Source of the DNA: an uncultured Acidimicrobiia bacterium
GTDB lineage: Bacteria; Actinomycetota; Acidimicrobiia; IMCC26256; PALSA-555
Assembly (NCBI GenBank): GCA_963731815.1
Contig: CAVSWW010000010.1
Location: forward strand, 134,252-198,251
Reading direction: 5' to 3'
Length of the DNA stretch: 64,000 nucleotides
The position numbers and the translations under genes were made by a program. This document shows, piece after piece, positions 32,443 through 43,539 of the stretch. Below the pieces are notes generated by a model. That model saw only the letters and a program-made list of their open reading frames with translations. It was not told where the DNA came from and did no database searches. Numbering within the stretch: the first letter of the stretch is position 1; the number at the start of each line of letters is the position of its first letter.

Positions 32443-34333
32443 TCAAGCGGGGCGCGCTTGCGCCGCCGGAGACGCCACGTCGAGGAGCAACGATCGGGCC
32501 GCGATCTCGTTCCCGGCCGCGGCAGCGCTCGAGAGGCGCTCCAACACGCCTTGCAGCTGTCCGCTGCTCAGGCGAACAGGCGCGATCGCGATGATCGGGA
32601 TGTCGTCGTAGGCCTGGCCGTGCTCCGCCGGTCCGATCAGCGATTCCTCTGCGTTCTCACCCGGGCGTGGACCCACGACGTCGATCTCGATGTCGTGACC
32701 GACCCGGTAGCCCGACAACCGGATCATGCGCTCGGCGAGCTCGAGGATGTTCACCTGCTCGCCCATGTCGAGTGCCAGCAGCTCGGCACCCGAGGCGACC
32801 GACGCGCCGAGCAGCACGAGCCGCACCGCCTCACTGACACTCATGAAGTAGCGCGTCATGTCCGGGTCGGTGACGGTGACGGGTCCGCCGGCTTCGATCT
32901 GTCGCTGGAAGGTCGGGATGACGCTCCCGCGACTGCCGAGAACGTTGCCGAAGCGAACCGCACAGTACGTGGCGTCATGTGGCGCGGCGTTCAGGACGAT
33001 CTGCTCCGCCAGCCACTTCGAGGCGCCCATCACGTTCGTGGGTTGCGCAGCCTTGTCGGTCGAGATGCTGACGAAGCGGCGAACACCCACACGAACTGCC
33101 GCTGACACGACATTGCTCGTGCCGATGACGTTCGTCCGCACCGCCTCGCAGGGATGTGACTCGAGGATCGGGACGTGCTTGTGGGCTGCAGCGTGGAAGA
33201 CGACCTCGGGACGGAACTCGTCGAAGAGCGCGTCGACGTCCTTGCGTTCGCGCACATCCACGAGTCGCGACTCGGACATCGGTGCTTCGAGACTCGCGTC
33301 GTGCAGATGAGTCTCGTCGTGGTCGACGAGGCAGAGAGCAGCGGGCTCGAACTCGCTGACCTGACGCGCGATCTCCGTGCCGATCCATCCTCCACCACCG
33401 GTGACGAGGACGCGGCGACCGTGCAGGAGCTGCCGCACCGGCTCGAGGTCGATCTCGACCTGCCCGCGACCCAGAAGGTCCTCAATGCTCAGGGCACGAA
33501 GGTGCTGCAGCGGGGCACCGTGGACCCAGTACCCCGCACCGCGCAGCAGCCGGATCGGCACACCATTTCCGTTCGTGGCATCCGCGACGCGGCGAGCGAC
33601 CTCGGGCGCTCGATCGGTGATCGCGAGCAGCACGAGATGGACTTCGTTCCGCTCGACGTAGTCGTGGAGGTGGTCGATGCCGCCGACGATCGGCACGCCG
33701 TACAGCGACCGCCGGTGCAACGCTGCGTTGTCGTCGAAGATGGCGATCGGCTCGAACCCGAGCCGCCGGTTCTGCCGCATCTCGCGCAGCGCCGCAGAAC
33801 CGGTCTTCCCCGCGCCCACCACGACGGTGCGCATCCCGCTCGTCACCTCTTCCTCCTGCCTCCGTTGAAAGGCGAAGAGGCGGGACTGGAAGCGCACGCC
33901 GCCCTGGAGCGCGACGGCGAGCAAGGGGCCGCCGATCAGCACGGACACGGGCATGAGCTGAGTCACCCCAGCTGAAGATGGAGAGCAGCACGATCGCACT
34001 GAACGCCGCCGCGAGCACGAGGCGACGTGCCTCGTCGATGCTGGCATGACGCCACGAACGGCCGTAGCCGCCACAGAGCGCCGTCATCGCGATGGTGACC
34101 ACGACCGCACAGGGGAGGAACACGAGGAACCGTTCCCACCACTCGTTCGGGACCCGGCCCTCGAACCTGGCCAGCAACAGGACGGTGTAGCTCGCGGCGA
34201 TCAGGAAGGCATCGAGCGCGACGAGCGGGAGATCGACCCGCACACGGCTGGCAGCGCGCGCTACGCGCGATCCCACTCCCTTTGGCCACACTCCGCGCGC
34301 TTCAGACCCCGCAACCATCTTCTTCTTCTTCAT
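32443..34333 (-). CDS. CapD/PglF/WbpM-type membrane-anchored NDP-sugar 4,6-dehydratase; one apparent frameshift near 33960
   Basis: The N-terminal TM region is in ORF 33482..34363. ORF 32443..34074 contains VLVTGGGGWIGTEIARQV, VFHAAAHKHVP and ISTDKAAQPTNVMGASKWLAE. Confidence 0.8.
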
Positions 34334-34423
34334 CCCCAACCCTGGTGTCAGCCCACCGATCACCGTTCAGCAAAGGCTAGGCGCCGCGGTGCCTCCGAGA
34401 AAAGGGCTGGAACTGCCTTCGTC

Positions 34424-35593
34424 TCACGACACGTTGCGTAGCGGCAGGAGCACACGCTTGTGATTCGCAGCCTCACGGTAGGCCTCGATCACGGTCTTGA
34501 CCACTCGCCGTTCGTCGAAGCGCTCAACCGCAAGCGCTCGACTGGCTCCCGACATGGTGGTGCGCATCGGAGGGTCGTCTGCGATCCGTCGGATCGCGGC
34601 GGTCAGTGCGCTCGAAACCCCGACCGGCACGAGGAACCCGTTGCGCCCGTCGATGACGACCTGCCGGCACCCTCGGATGTCCGTGACGACGAGCGGGAGA
34701 CCGCTCGCAGCTGCCTCCATCGCGGCTCGCGGATACCCCTCTCGGTGAGACGGCAGCACGAACACGTCCATCGCCCGGTACAGCGAGTCGACATCGTCGC
34801 GGTGTCCGAGCAGCCGCACGCCGGCGGCGGCCGCGGGCTCGATGATCGCGGGTGCCAGCGCATCGGCCTTCGAGCGGTCGTCTCCGCCGACGACCACCAA
34901 CGTGTACCGCGTCCGGTCGAGGTGCTCCATCGCCTCGAAGAGCTCGGGGAAGCCCTTCTCCTCGACGAGTCGACCCACCGTGCCGACGACGATGCAGTCG
35001 TCATCAATGCCGAGAGATGCCCGCACGGCATGCCGTTCGTGCGGTTCGGGCGGCCGGAACCGCTCGAGGTCGACGCCGTTGCCGAGCAGCCTCGCTCGAG
35101 GCGAGAGGTGCAACCGCCGGAGCAGCTCGAGGTCCTCCGGGTTCTGTACGAGCTCGACGTCGGAGCAGCGCGCGGCGACGGCTTCGAGCCCGTACACGAT
35201 GGCGCGCTTGGCCAGCGGGTCGTCTTCAGTGGCATACAGACCGTGGAGCGTGTTGGCGACGATCGGCACTCCCGCCAGGCGACCGACGATGCGGCCGTAC
35301 ACGCCCGGTTTCGGGTTGTGCACGTGCAGCACGGTGGGCCGCTCACGTCGGACGACGTGCCACAGCTCGCGCACCGCGGCCAGATCGGCCAGCGGATCCA
35401 TCGCCCGCGTCGACGACTCGAGGGCGACGTGCCGGATGCCCTCGCCTTCGAGGTCGTCGACCCACGGACCCGGCGCGCTGATCCCCACGACCTCCGCTCC
35501 CGCGTCTCGCAGCGCTCGGAGCTGCGGAAGGACGAGGAAGCGCAGGCTCATGTCGGTGGTCGTGAGATGGGCCACCTTCGGAGCCGCTGCCAC
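34424..35593 (-). CDS. GT4-family glycosyltransferase (intact)
   Basis: 389-aa ORF with high GC3. It contains RPTVLHVHNPKPG, LLGNGVDLERF and VLPSHREGYPRAAMEAAASGLPLVVTDIRG (E-x7-E). Confidence 0.85.
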   Translation of the reverse strand: MAAAPKVAHLTTTDMSLRFLVLPQLRALRDAGAEVVGISAPGPWVDDLEGEGIRHVALESSTRAMDPLADLAAVRELWHVVRRERPTVLHVHNPKPGVYGRIVGRLAGVPIVANTLHGLYATEDDPLAKRAIVYGLEAVAARCSDVELVQNPEDLELLRRLHLSPRARLLGNGVDLERFRPPEPHERHAVRASLGIDDDCIVVGTVGRLVEEKGFPELFEAMEHLDRTRYTLVVVGGDDRSKADALAPAIIEPAAAAGVRLLGHRDDVDSLYRAMDVFVLPSHREGYPRAAMEAAASGLPLVVTDIRGCRQVVIDGRNGFLVPVGVSSALTAAIRRIADDPPMRTTMSGASRALAVERFDERRVVKTVIEAYREAANHKRVLLPLRNVS

Positions 35594-35600
35594 CAGGGCG

Positions 35601-36590
35601 ATGCTACGAGGCCCTGCGTCGGAGTCGCGGTCTGGGCGATGCTACGGAGCGTTGGACACGCTGCGAACGCTCCTGGACGACTCCGGCTTCTGGCTCGGCG
35701 CCGCCGTCGCGGCCGCGGTGCTGGGCGCGCTCGGCGTGGCGCGGCTCGCGACGGGCCGTTGGTGGGCCGGTGCCGGGACCGCGGCCGCGATCGGCGGTTT
35801 GGTCGGGCTGACGACGACCGAGCGCGTGTCAGAGGAGCTCGTCGCGGCGCTCGCCCTGCTGGCGCTCGGCGCGTTGCTGACGCAGACCCGAATGGTCGTG
35901 CTGCGCGTCGTCGCGGCCGCGCCCGGTGCGGTGCTCCTCGCGTACCAGGTGCCCGAGATCGTGCCGCGCTGGGTCCCCTTCGTCGTCGGGGTCGCCACGG
36001 TCGTGGGCTGCGCGCTGCTGCCCGAGCTCGACGGTGACCGTCCTCGACTCACCGGCGTGTGCCTGGCGATCGCGGCCGCTGGCGTGTTCTTCGCGGTCCC
36101 CGACACCGAGGAGGCGCGCACGATCGTGGGCGCGATGCTCGTCGCCGGTCTGCTCAGCATCGCGCCCGACGTGCGCCGGGATGCCGTCGGTGCGTCGGCC
36201 GCGATCGGCCTTTTGATGTGGACCGCAGGCACCGGTGGCTACGCCCGGCCCGGTGCGGTCGTCGGCGGCGTCGCGTGCCTCGGCGTACTGGTGCTCGGGT
36301 GGGTCGTCCGGTGGGCGCGCCCCCACGACCTCGTCGTCCTCGCCGTCCAGGCCGGGCTCGTGCTCGCCGTCGCGCGCGGCGCGGGATCGCGCGAGAGCGC
36401 GACCGCCGCCGCAGTGATCGTCGCGGCCGCCTACGTCCTGGCGACCCTCGCGTTGGTCATCGGTGGGCGCGTCTGGCCGCAAGCTCGAGGTAGAGCTCGT
36501 CGAGCCTCGCGATCGCGGCGCGGCCCCCGACCTGCTCCCCCCGCGCCGCCGCGCCGGCCGCGAGGCGATCCCTCGTCGCGGGATCCGTGA
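35601..36590 (+). CDS. hypothetical integral membrane protein (both ends uncertain)
   Basis: It lies in the frame of ORF 34842..36590. A run of Ala/Val/Leu/Gly-rich helices occurs (FWLGAAVAAAVLGALGV, VVLRVVAAAPGAVLLAY, FVVGVATVVGCALL, VCLAIAAAGVFFAV, VVGGVACLGVLVLGWVV). The 3' end overlaps the convergent gene 36457..37563. Confidence 0.4.
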   Translation: MLRGPASESRSGRCYGALDTLRTLLDDSGFWLGAAVAAAVLGALGVARLATGRWWAGAGTAAAIGGLVGLTTTERVSEELVAALALLALGALLTQTRMVVLRVVAAAPGAVLLAYQVPEIVPRWVPFVVGVATVVGCALLPELDGDRPRLTGVCLAIAAAGVFFAVPDTEEARTIVGAMLVAGLLSIAPDVRRDAVGASAAIGLLMWTAGTGGYARPGAVVGGVACLGVLVLGWVVRWARPHDLVVLAVQAGLVLAVARGAGSRESATAAAVIVAAAYVLATLALVIGGRVWPQARGRARRASRSRRGPRPAPPAPPRRPRGDPSSRDP

Positions 36591-37563
36591 CGGCGAGGAT
36601 TGCGTCGGCCAGGGCAGCCGGGTCGCCCGGCGGGACGAGCAGGCCACTCGTCCCGTCCTCGACGAGCTCGGGGATGCCACCGACCCGTGTCGCCACGACC
36701 GGGACACCGAGCGCGAGTGCCTCCATGACGGCCAGCGGCAGCCCTTCGTGCTCCGACGCGAGGACGAACACGTCACCGCCTGCAACGAGACGAGCCGCGT
36801 TCGGGCACGTAGCCGAGCAACCGGAAGCGCGCACCGAGGTCGAGCTCCGTGATTCGGGCGCGCAACTCCGCCTCCAGCGGACCTTGCCCGGCGGCGACGA
36901 AGCGGACCGGCGCGCCGGCATCGACCACGCGCCGCGCGGCCGCGAGCAGCACCGGATAGCCCTTCTTCTCGCGGAGATTTGCCACGGTGACGGCAAGCAG
37001 CTCGTCGTCACCGATCCCCGAGCTCGGCACGCACGGCATCTCGGTCGTGCGAGATTGGCTGCGCACGCCGTCGACGTCGATCCCGTGCGCGATCACCTCC
37101 GTGTGCTCGGCACGCCTTCCCATCGTCGTGCGCACGTCTTCGGACACCGCGACCGTCGCATCGTCGAGCGACGCGGTGAGCCTGGTTCGCGACGCGGGTC
37201 ACGGGGTGGTAGCTCGGCCAACGGTTGTGCTCGGTGGTCACGACAGCCGGCGGCGGTCGCAGCGTTCGGAGTGCCGGCCGCGCGAGCGCGGCGAGTGCGG
37301 GCGAGTGGATGTGCACGACGTCGAAGTCGCCGTCGCGCACGAGACGGCGGAGGCGTGGCACCCAGCGAGGATCGGCCGGAGACCTCACCCGCAGCCAGTG
37401 CGTGGTCACGCCCGCGGCCTCGAGCTCGGGGACGAGATGCCGCTTCCACTCGAGCAGGTACGCGACGTCGTACTGGAGTCGCTCGTGGTCACCCGCCCGC
37501 GGCGTGCTCGACGATCAGTCGTTCTGCGCCTCCCGGACCTAGACCTTTGAGGAGCCACAGCAC
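36457..37563 (-). CDS. GT4-family glycosyltransferase; several apparent frameshifts
   Basis: Starts at GTG 37563 with VLWLLKGLGPGGAERLIVEHA. Other pieces are DFDVVHIHSP (ORF 37008), LLAVTVANLREKKGYPVLL (ORF 36773) and VLASEHEGLPLAVMEALALGVPVVATRVGG (ORF 36457). Confidence 0.7.
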
Positions 37564-37641
37564 CCGCGGACGTGCGCACCCGGCTGACCGTAGCGGTGCG
37601 CCGTCCGACGGAGCCGCGGCCCGTGCTGCAACAATCCAGGT

Positions 37642-38931
37642 GTGGGCAGCAGACCGAATCGCATCGCGATCATCGGCCAGGGGTACGTCGGGCTGGCGCT
37701 CGCGGTGCGTGCGGTCGAGGTCGGCTTCGACGTCGTCGCGTTCGACGTCGACGAGTCGCGCGATCGACGCTGCTCCGCGCCGGGTCGTCGTACGTCGAGG
37801 ACGTCTCGTCGCGACCGAGTGGCAGCCGCGCTCGCCAGCGGGCGGTTCCGGCCGACGCACCGACCCGGCGACACTCGCCGGCTTCGACCTCGCCGTCATC
37901 ACGGTCCAGACGCCGCTGCGCGACGGCGCGCCCGACCTCATCGTTCGTCGAGGCCGCGGGGCGCGCTCGTGGCGCGGCCACCTGCGGCCCGGCGCCTGCG
38001 TCGTCCTCGAGAGCACCACGTACCCCGGGACGACCGAAGAGCTGCTGGCACCGCTGCTGGAGGCCGAGTCGGGGCTGCGCGCCGGGCGCCGACTTCCAGC
38101 TCGGCTACTCGCCCGAACGCATCGACCCCGGCAACACGACCTGGACGTTGACGACGACGCCGAAGGTCGTCAGCGGCATCGATGACGCGTCGCTGGAGCG
38201 GGTGCAGGGCTTCTACGACGCGCTCGTCGACGAGACCGTCGCCGGTGTCGGGCACCCGCGAGGCCGAGCTCACGAAGCTGCTCGAGAACACGTTCCGTCA
38301 CGTCAACATCGCGCTCGTCAACGAGCTCGCGGTGTTCGCCGAACGACCTCGGGATCGACGTCTGGGAGGCGATCGGGGCCGCCGCGACGAAGCCCTTCGG
38401 ATATCTCCGCTTCACTCCCGGGCCCGGGGTCGGCGGTCACTGCCTGCCCGTCGACCCGACGTATCTCTCGTGGAAGGTCGAACGCGGCACGGGCGACCGC
38501 TTCCGGTTCGTCGAGCTCGCGAACGAGATCAACGCGCGAATGCCCGACTACGTCGTCCGTCGGGTCACCGACGGGCTCGCGAGACGTGAAGTGTTCGTGC
38601 ACCGGTCGCGTGTGCTGCTCGTCGGACTGGCGTTCAAGCCGAACACCGCAGATGCCCGTGAGTCGCCCGCACTCCGGATCGCACAGCGCTTCGTCGCCGC
38701 GGGCGCCGAGGTGCGCGCCGTCGACCCCCACGTCGTGCCGGAGCTCCTCGACCTCCCCGGGATCGGCGTCAAGCTCGTCGAGCTGACCGCGGACGAGGTT
38801 CGTTCAGCTGACGCGGTGGTGCTCGTCACCGACCACGACGACCTCGACTACGAGCTGATCAGCGGCATGCGCCCTACGTGTTCGACACGCGCCGCCGCCT
38901 CGACCCGAGGTCGAGCGTCGAGCACCTCTAG
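37642..38931 (+). CDS. nucleotide-sugar dehydrogenase (UDP-glucose/GDP-mannose dehydrogenase family, WecC/WbpA-like); several apparent frameshifts
   Basis: RIAIIGQGYVGLALAV is the Rossmann motif. QLGYSPERIDPGN and REAELTKLLENTFRHVNIALVNEL are also present. My translation gives FTPGPGVGGHCLPVDP (catalytic Cys). VLLVGLAFKPNTADARESPA is in ORF 38540. Confidence 0.75.
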
Positions 38932-39576
38932 CGCGTCGAGTCAGGCGCCGCGGCGCTGCGGCCACTCGAGGAGCTCCTCGAGCAGGTCGGCCTGCCGCCG
39001 GACGTTCTGCGGCGCGCTCTCGGCGGTTCGCCGATCCAGTCGGCGCCCTTGCCGTTGCTCGGGGTCTGAACCGCGACCGCTCGGCGTGCCTTGCGCGTGG
39101 TGCGGTCCAGGGCAGCATCTCGGCGCAGCGAGCGACGCTCGGCGAGCATCGCCGCCGCGAGCACCAGCGTCACGGCGAGCACGACGGCGGCCGGCGCGAT
39201 CGGCCGCAGTCGCTTCCTGTCGCGCGACCAGCGTGGCCAGCGCTGCGCCGGCGACCACAGCAGCGCGTCGCGAGCAACACCAGCATCAGACCGAGACGTG
39301 TGACGAACACGCGCCACGATCGTCGACGCCGCGACCGGCGTGCTCGTCACCACGCTCGGCGCGGGCCTGATCCGCTCCACTGAAGCCACCGGTGCCACCT
39401 TCCTTCTCCCCACCCGGTTCCTTCGGCTGCCCACGGCCGAGGCTTGACGGTTCGGGAACGACCACCCTTCGTGGCGGGTGACCGCCCGTCCGGCCACATT
39501 CTGCACCCAAACGTGGCCGCGTTTCACGCGCGTTCCGTGACGGGCCGCCACCAGGACGAAGCGTAAGCGGGGCTGG

Positions 39577-41283
39577 TCAGCGGGCCGCGAGGGCTTCGCT
39601 GAGCTCGTTCGCGGAGGTGTAGTGGATGGCCCGGACCGGGACCTGGTCGACCAGCGTGAGTCAGCTCGATGACCTTCGTGGCCACGTCCTCACCCGGGCA
39701 GAGCCCGACGGTGGAAGCGACAGCAAGCGCAGGGCGGAGAGGCTCGTCCGGCACGTCGTCGGCGTGTGCGGCATGCACGAACCAGGTCGCGAGTGGGTAC
39801 CGGCCCGACTCCACCATTGGGAGCTCGGTTCGCCCGAGGTTCAATCCTGCATCGACCTCATCGAGGACCGTCGCATCGTGTTCGACCTTGGGTGGCTCGA
39901 CGATGAGTTCGCCGCTGCGGACGTCGACGATCGCGAGCGGCACGTCGACCAGCGAGATGCCGAGCTTCGCCAGGCGCGGCTGCAGCTTGCCGATCCAACC
40001 GGTGAGACCGGCCGGGAGCAGCAGACCCCGCCCGTCGCGGTCGACGGCCGCGGTGGCCTGCACCCGCAGCAGGCTCGGGTCGGGCTCGGTGAGGTCGTGC
40101 GACAAGTAGCGAAGCAGGCCCGTGAGCACCCGGCGCTTCGACCGACTGCGCACGAATCTGCTGGGTGCCGCGGACGAGGAGCTCGAGCTCCTTGGAGCCG
40201 CTGTCGGGATCGGTGAGGGCGACCGAGTAGTTGTCGGGCACCCCGGCGTCTTCGATGTGTGCGCCGACGAGCAGCTTCTCGAGCAGCTCGGCGGTCGCCT
40301 CGTTGTTGTACCGAATGCCGACGCGGACGTCGCCGAACTCGAAGGCGGACGTTCCGGCCCACGACGTCTTCGGTCCACTGGTCGCGCCGGCACCGCACAT
40401 TCCGCCGGCGGCCGGAAGGTAGCGCCCCTCGTCCTTCGGCCAGCTCCACGCCCGCGAGCTGCGCCGCACGCTCGGGAACCTCGCGCGCGCCCATCGCGAG
40501 GTCGCCGACGACGCGCCCGTCGGCGTCGAGCACGAGCGCCGCCGGCGTGCCGAGCCCACCGAAGGGATCGACGCGGTCGGGCTTGAGCAGCACGGGCGCG
40601 CGCAGGCCCACGCGGTCGACGAGGACCCGGTTCGACGCCTCACCACCCGCGGCGGCGAGCACGAGCTGCGTGCCCACGGCCTCGAGATCGACTTCGAGCG
40701 CGGCGAGCGACTCGGCGATCGAGTCGCAGTAGCCGCAGCCCGGGTTCCAGTTGACGAGGTAGACCTGCCGGCCCGCGAAGTCGTGGAGCGATCGTTCGCT
40801 ACCGTCGAGCGTGGTCGCGGAGAAGGGCTCGAGCTCCTGGCCGTCCTCGAACGCGATCGGGGGCGTCGCACCGACCGCATCGAGATCGACGTAGGGCTGC
40901 TCGACGTCGACGAGCAGGCCGGCGTAGCCCAACGAGCGCGCGAAGCCGAGCACGTCGTCGTGCACTACATCGCGCGGGGCTTCCATCGCATCGGAGAAGT
41001 CGTCGACGAGCTCGCCGAGCGTCGCCTCGCCGTCGAGGAACTGCCAGACGAGGGCGCCAGTCGGGTTCAGGATCGCTGCGCCACCCCAGCGTCCGCCGAT
41101 GATCACCTGTTCGCCGGCGACCTCGACCTGGACGATCTCGTCGACGCGACGGGGCCTCGAGTCCTCATCGAGGACGTCGGGGGGGATGGTGCCCTCGCGC
41201 TGCGTGAGGACGAGTTCGTCGGCAGCGTGGTCGTGGTCGTCGTTGGTCGGCGGTTCCTTCTCGCTCCTGCCCAGTCGGCTCAC
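39577..41283 (-). CDS. multidomain protein: PqqD-like domain + TlpA/thioredoxin-like domain (CGYC) + HprK-like domain with non-canonical P-loop; at least three apparent frameshifts
   Basis: Read from GTG 41283. The PqqD block is VEVAGEQVIIGGRWGGAAILNPTGALVWQFLDGEATLGELVDDF...GYAGLLV. The redoxin block is FSATTLDGSERSLHDFAGRQVYLVNWNPGCGYCDS. ORFs 39858 and 39524 continue with FEFGDVRVGIRYNN... and LLRVQATAAVDRDGRGLLLPAGLTGWIGKLQPRLAKLGISLVDVPLAIVD, which is colinear with the HprK-like gene at 27029. Confidence 0.6.
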
Positions 41284-41366
41284 GGCGACAATGCTAGGTG
41301 CCGACCACCGACCTTCTCGCGCCGAGACGCCAGCACCTAAAGTCGTGGTCCCGCGATTCGCGCCCT

Positions 41367-41441
41367 GCCCTCGTAGCTCAGCGGATAGAGCATCGGCCTC
41401 CGGAGCCGTGTGCGCAGGTTCGAGTCCTGCCGAGGGCGCCA
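41367..41441 (+). tRNA. tRNA-Arg (anticodon CCG)
   Basis: A 75-nt cloverleaf folded by hand. Acceptor GCCCTCG/CGAGGGC, D stem GCTC/GAGC with AGCGGATA loop, anticodon stem TCGGC/GCCGT, loop CTCCGGA (anticodon CCG). T stem GCAGG/CCTGC with TTCGAGT loop, discriminator G, encoded CCA. Confidence 0.9.
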
Positions 41442-41828
41442 TCCTCACCAAACGAGCCGCCGCCCTTCTTCGCAGCACGACGACTGCCCGTCGGGTGAGT
41501 TCAAGCTGCCGAGCTCGCCCCGCGCAATGGGCTCCTCTCGCTTCGCGAGTCCACCGGCGCGATAGACCTCGGCGAGGGCACCTGGTGCCGCCGTGACACC
41601 GAGCCAGTGCCCAGTGTTCGTGCGGTTGTGCAGCAGCATGCTTGCACGTGCGGGCCCCCATTCGGCCATGAAGAGTTTCGAGCGCATCAGCGCTCCGGTC
41701 ACTGGGATCTTCAGCCGGTGAAGCCCGGTTCGCTGGTGATCGGCAGACGCGGCCCGGTCGTGGGACCGATATCCGGGGCCGTCGAGATCGTCGTCGTGCT
41801 CGGAGGAGCAGGCGAGGACTGAGCAGCT

Positions 41829-41864
41829 AGGCGAAACCGCCTGCGATCAAGCCGCGGCTTGATC
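41829..41864 (-). terminator. candidate hairpins downstream of the FecR/LPXTG gene
   Basis: A perfect 20-bp palindrome gatcaagccgcggcttgatc lies at 41845-41864, and aggcgaaaccgcct at 41829-41842. Both are just 3' of the stop at 41899 on the minus strand. There is no U-tract, so function is uncertain. Confidence 0.3.
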
Positions 41865-41898
41865 AGGTCGCGCCGACCGACGTCTCGGTGATGCTGCG

Positions 41899-42873
41899 TC
41901 AGTGGCGGCGGAGCACGCTCGCCCGCCGACGCGTCGCGACCACGAAGATCGCGCCGATCGCGGTCAGCACGAGACCGACGAGCACCCACGACGGGGTGTC
42001 GTTGCTGCCGGTGAACGGCAGCTGGCCGGTCCCCGGAGCGCCGACGGTCGCCGGCTCGCCCTCGACGACCGGTGTGTAGTCGTCGTCGACACCGCCGACC
42101 TCGACCGCCTGCGCTCCCGCCACCTCGGCGAACGGACCTGGGCCGAGCCCGCGCTCGAGCAGGTCGCGCTGGAGGTTGAGCTGCGTCCAGACGTTGTTGA
42201 TCATGTCCTGGAGCGTCTGTGGGTCGATCGCGTCGCAGAGCTTGCCTTCGGAGATCTCGCAGAGGTCCAGATCGCTCAGGAGCTGCTGCTGCTGGTCAGC
42301 GTTCGACGTCAGCCAGACGCTGTGCAGCACGGCGAGGGCCTCGCAGATCTTCACCTCTTCCTCGAGCGTGCACTCGCCCGACCACGCGGTGCCGGCGACT
42401 GCCGCGGTCGCGCCACCCAACTCTTGCTCGAGCGACTCCGACTGGGTCAGGGCCTCGGTGCGGTTCCACGTGCGCCCGACGTCGAGGCTGCCCTCGACCT
42501 GGCGCTGCCCCTGGTCGACGACGAGCTTGACGAGGGTGAAGGTCGTGTTCACGTCGAGCCGGGTGTACGACTCGTCGCTGTAGTCGATCTCGGCGTGGCC
42601 GACGTCGTCGGTGCGGACCGTGTCGCCCTCGTTGAGCTTCGCCTGGTCCTCGGCCTGCTTGAACTCGTCCTTGCCCTCCCGGCGGACCTCGACGTGGCCG
42701 ACGTCCTCGGGCAAGACGACCAGCGTCGCCTGGAACTTCTCGGGCTGCCCGGCACCGGCGACCGACGCCGTGGCCGGGACGATCGCCGCCGCGAGCATGC
42801 TCGCGAAGAGCGCTCCGATCGCCACTCTGCGTGTTCGACGCACCATGCCCAAACTGCTCATGTTCGGCCCCAA
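41899..42873 (-). CDS. FecR-domain surface protein with LPXTG-type sorting signal
   Basis: Intact ORF with a signal peptide (RRVAIGALFASMLAAAIVPATASVAG). The FecR-like N-terminal block is VEVRREGKDEFKQAEDQAKLNEGDTVRTDDVGHAEIDYSDESYTRLDVNTTF. The C-terminus is DDDYTP...LPFTGSNDTPSWVLVGLVLTAIGAIFVVATRRR. Confidence 0.7.
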   Translation of the reverse strand: MGPNMSSLGMVRRTRRVAIGALFASMLAAAIVPATASVAGAGQPEKFQATLVVLPEDVGHVEVRREGKDEFKQAEDQAKLNEGDTVRTDDVGHAEIDYSDESYTRLDVNTTFTLVKLVVDQGQRQVEGSLDVGRTWNRTEALTQSESLEQELGGATAAVAGTAWSGECTLEEEVKICEALAVLHSVWLTSNADQQQQLLSDLDLCEISEGKLCDAIDPQTLQDMINNVWTQLNLQRDLLERGLGPGPFAEVAGAQAVEVGGVDDDYTPVVEGEPATVGAPGTGQLPFTGSNDTPSWVLVGLVLTAIGAIFVVATRRRASVLRRH

Positions 42874-43539
42874 GCCCTATGCCTCAATGTGCTGGGCACG
42901 ATAGCCCACGCAGCGCGTTCAAGGAAGCCGCTCTTTGCGGGGTCAGCTCAGGGACCGGCTCCTCCAATCGACCCGGTCAGAGCGGGACTTAAAACCTTGG
43001 TGCGCGTATCAGTCGATTTCTTGCCCCTGAGCCGCTAGGCGCTCGGCGAGTCCGGCTCCTCTACGACGCGACCGTCACGGTCGTCGTCTTCGAGCTCGGC
43101 GCTCTCGTCCAGAGGCGCTTCAGGGTCGTCCTCGTCGAGCTCGTCGACTATCGCCTCGGGATCGACGTCTTCCGGTGTTCGCGCCGCAAAGCCCATCGCA
43201 GCCACCTCCGGATCCTCGCTTCGGACGCGCCATGCCCGCCCGCCCGTCCTCCCAAACGCGACGGTAGATCAGCCGAAGAGCGGGAGACGGATCGGCGGGA
43301 GCAGCGGCGGGTCGATCACGCCGTCGGGTGGAGGCGGCGGGGCCGACGGTTCCGTGCTCGGCGGCGCGGCCGGGGGCACGGCGGGTCCTTCCCCCCTCTT
43401 CCCCGGTTCCGGATCACGAGCGTCCAGTGCGTCGCGCGTCGCGTGGATTCCTGTCGTGCACCTGGCGTCCCTCGCCGCCCGCCCCGGCGCGTCGGTGCGC
43501 CGGGGCGGGCGAGGAGGGCGGAGCTGTGGGCGCTCGGCG

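Noticed and set aside
41284-41661. N-terminal 125 aa of the 606-aa ORF 39841..41661(-)
   Set aside because: This extension runs antisense straight through the well-folded tRNA-Arg gene (41367-41441) and is Arg/Ala-rich. The real start is taken as GTG 41283.
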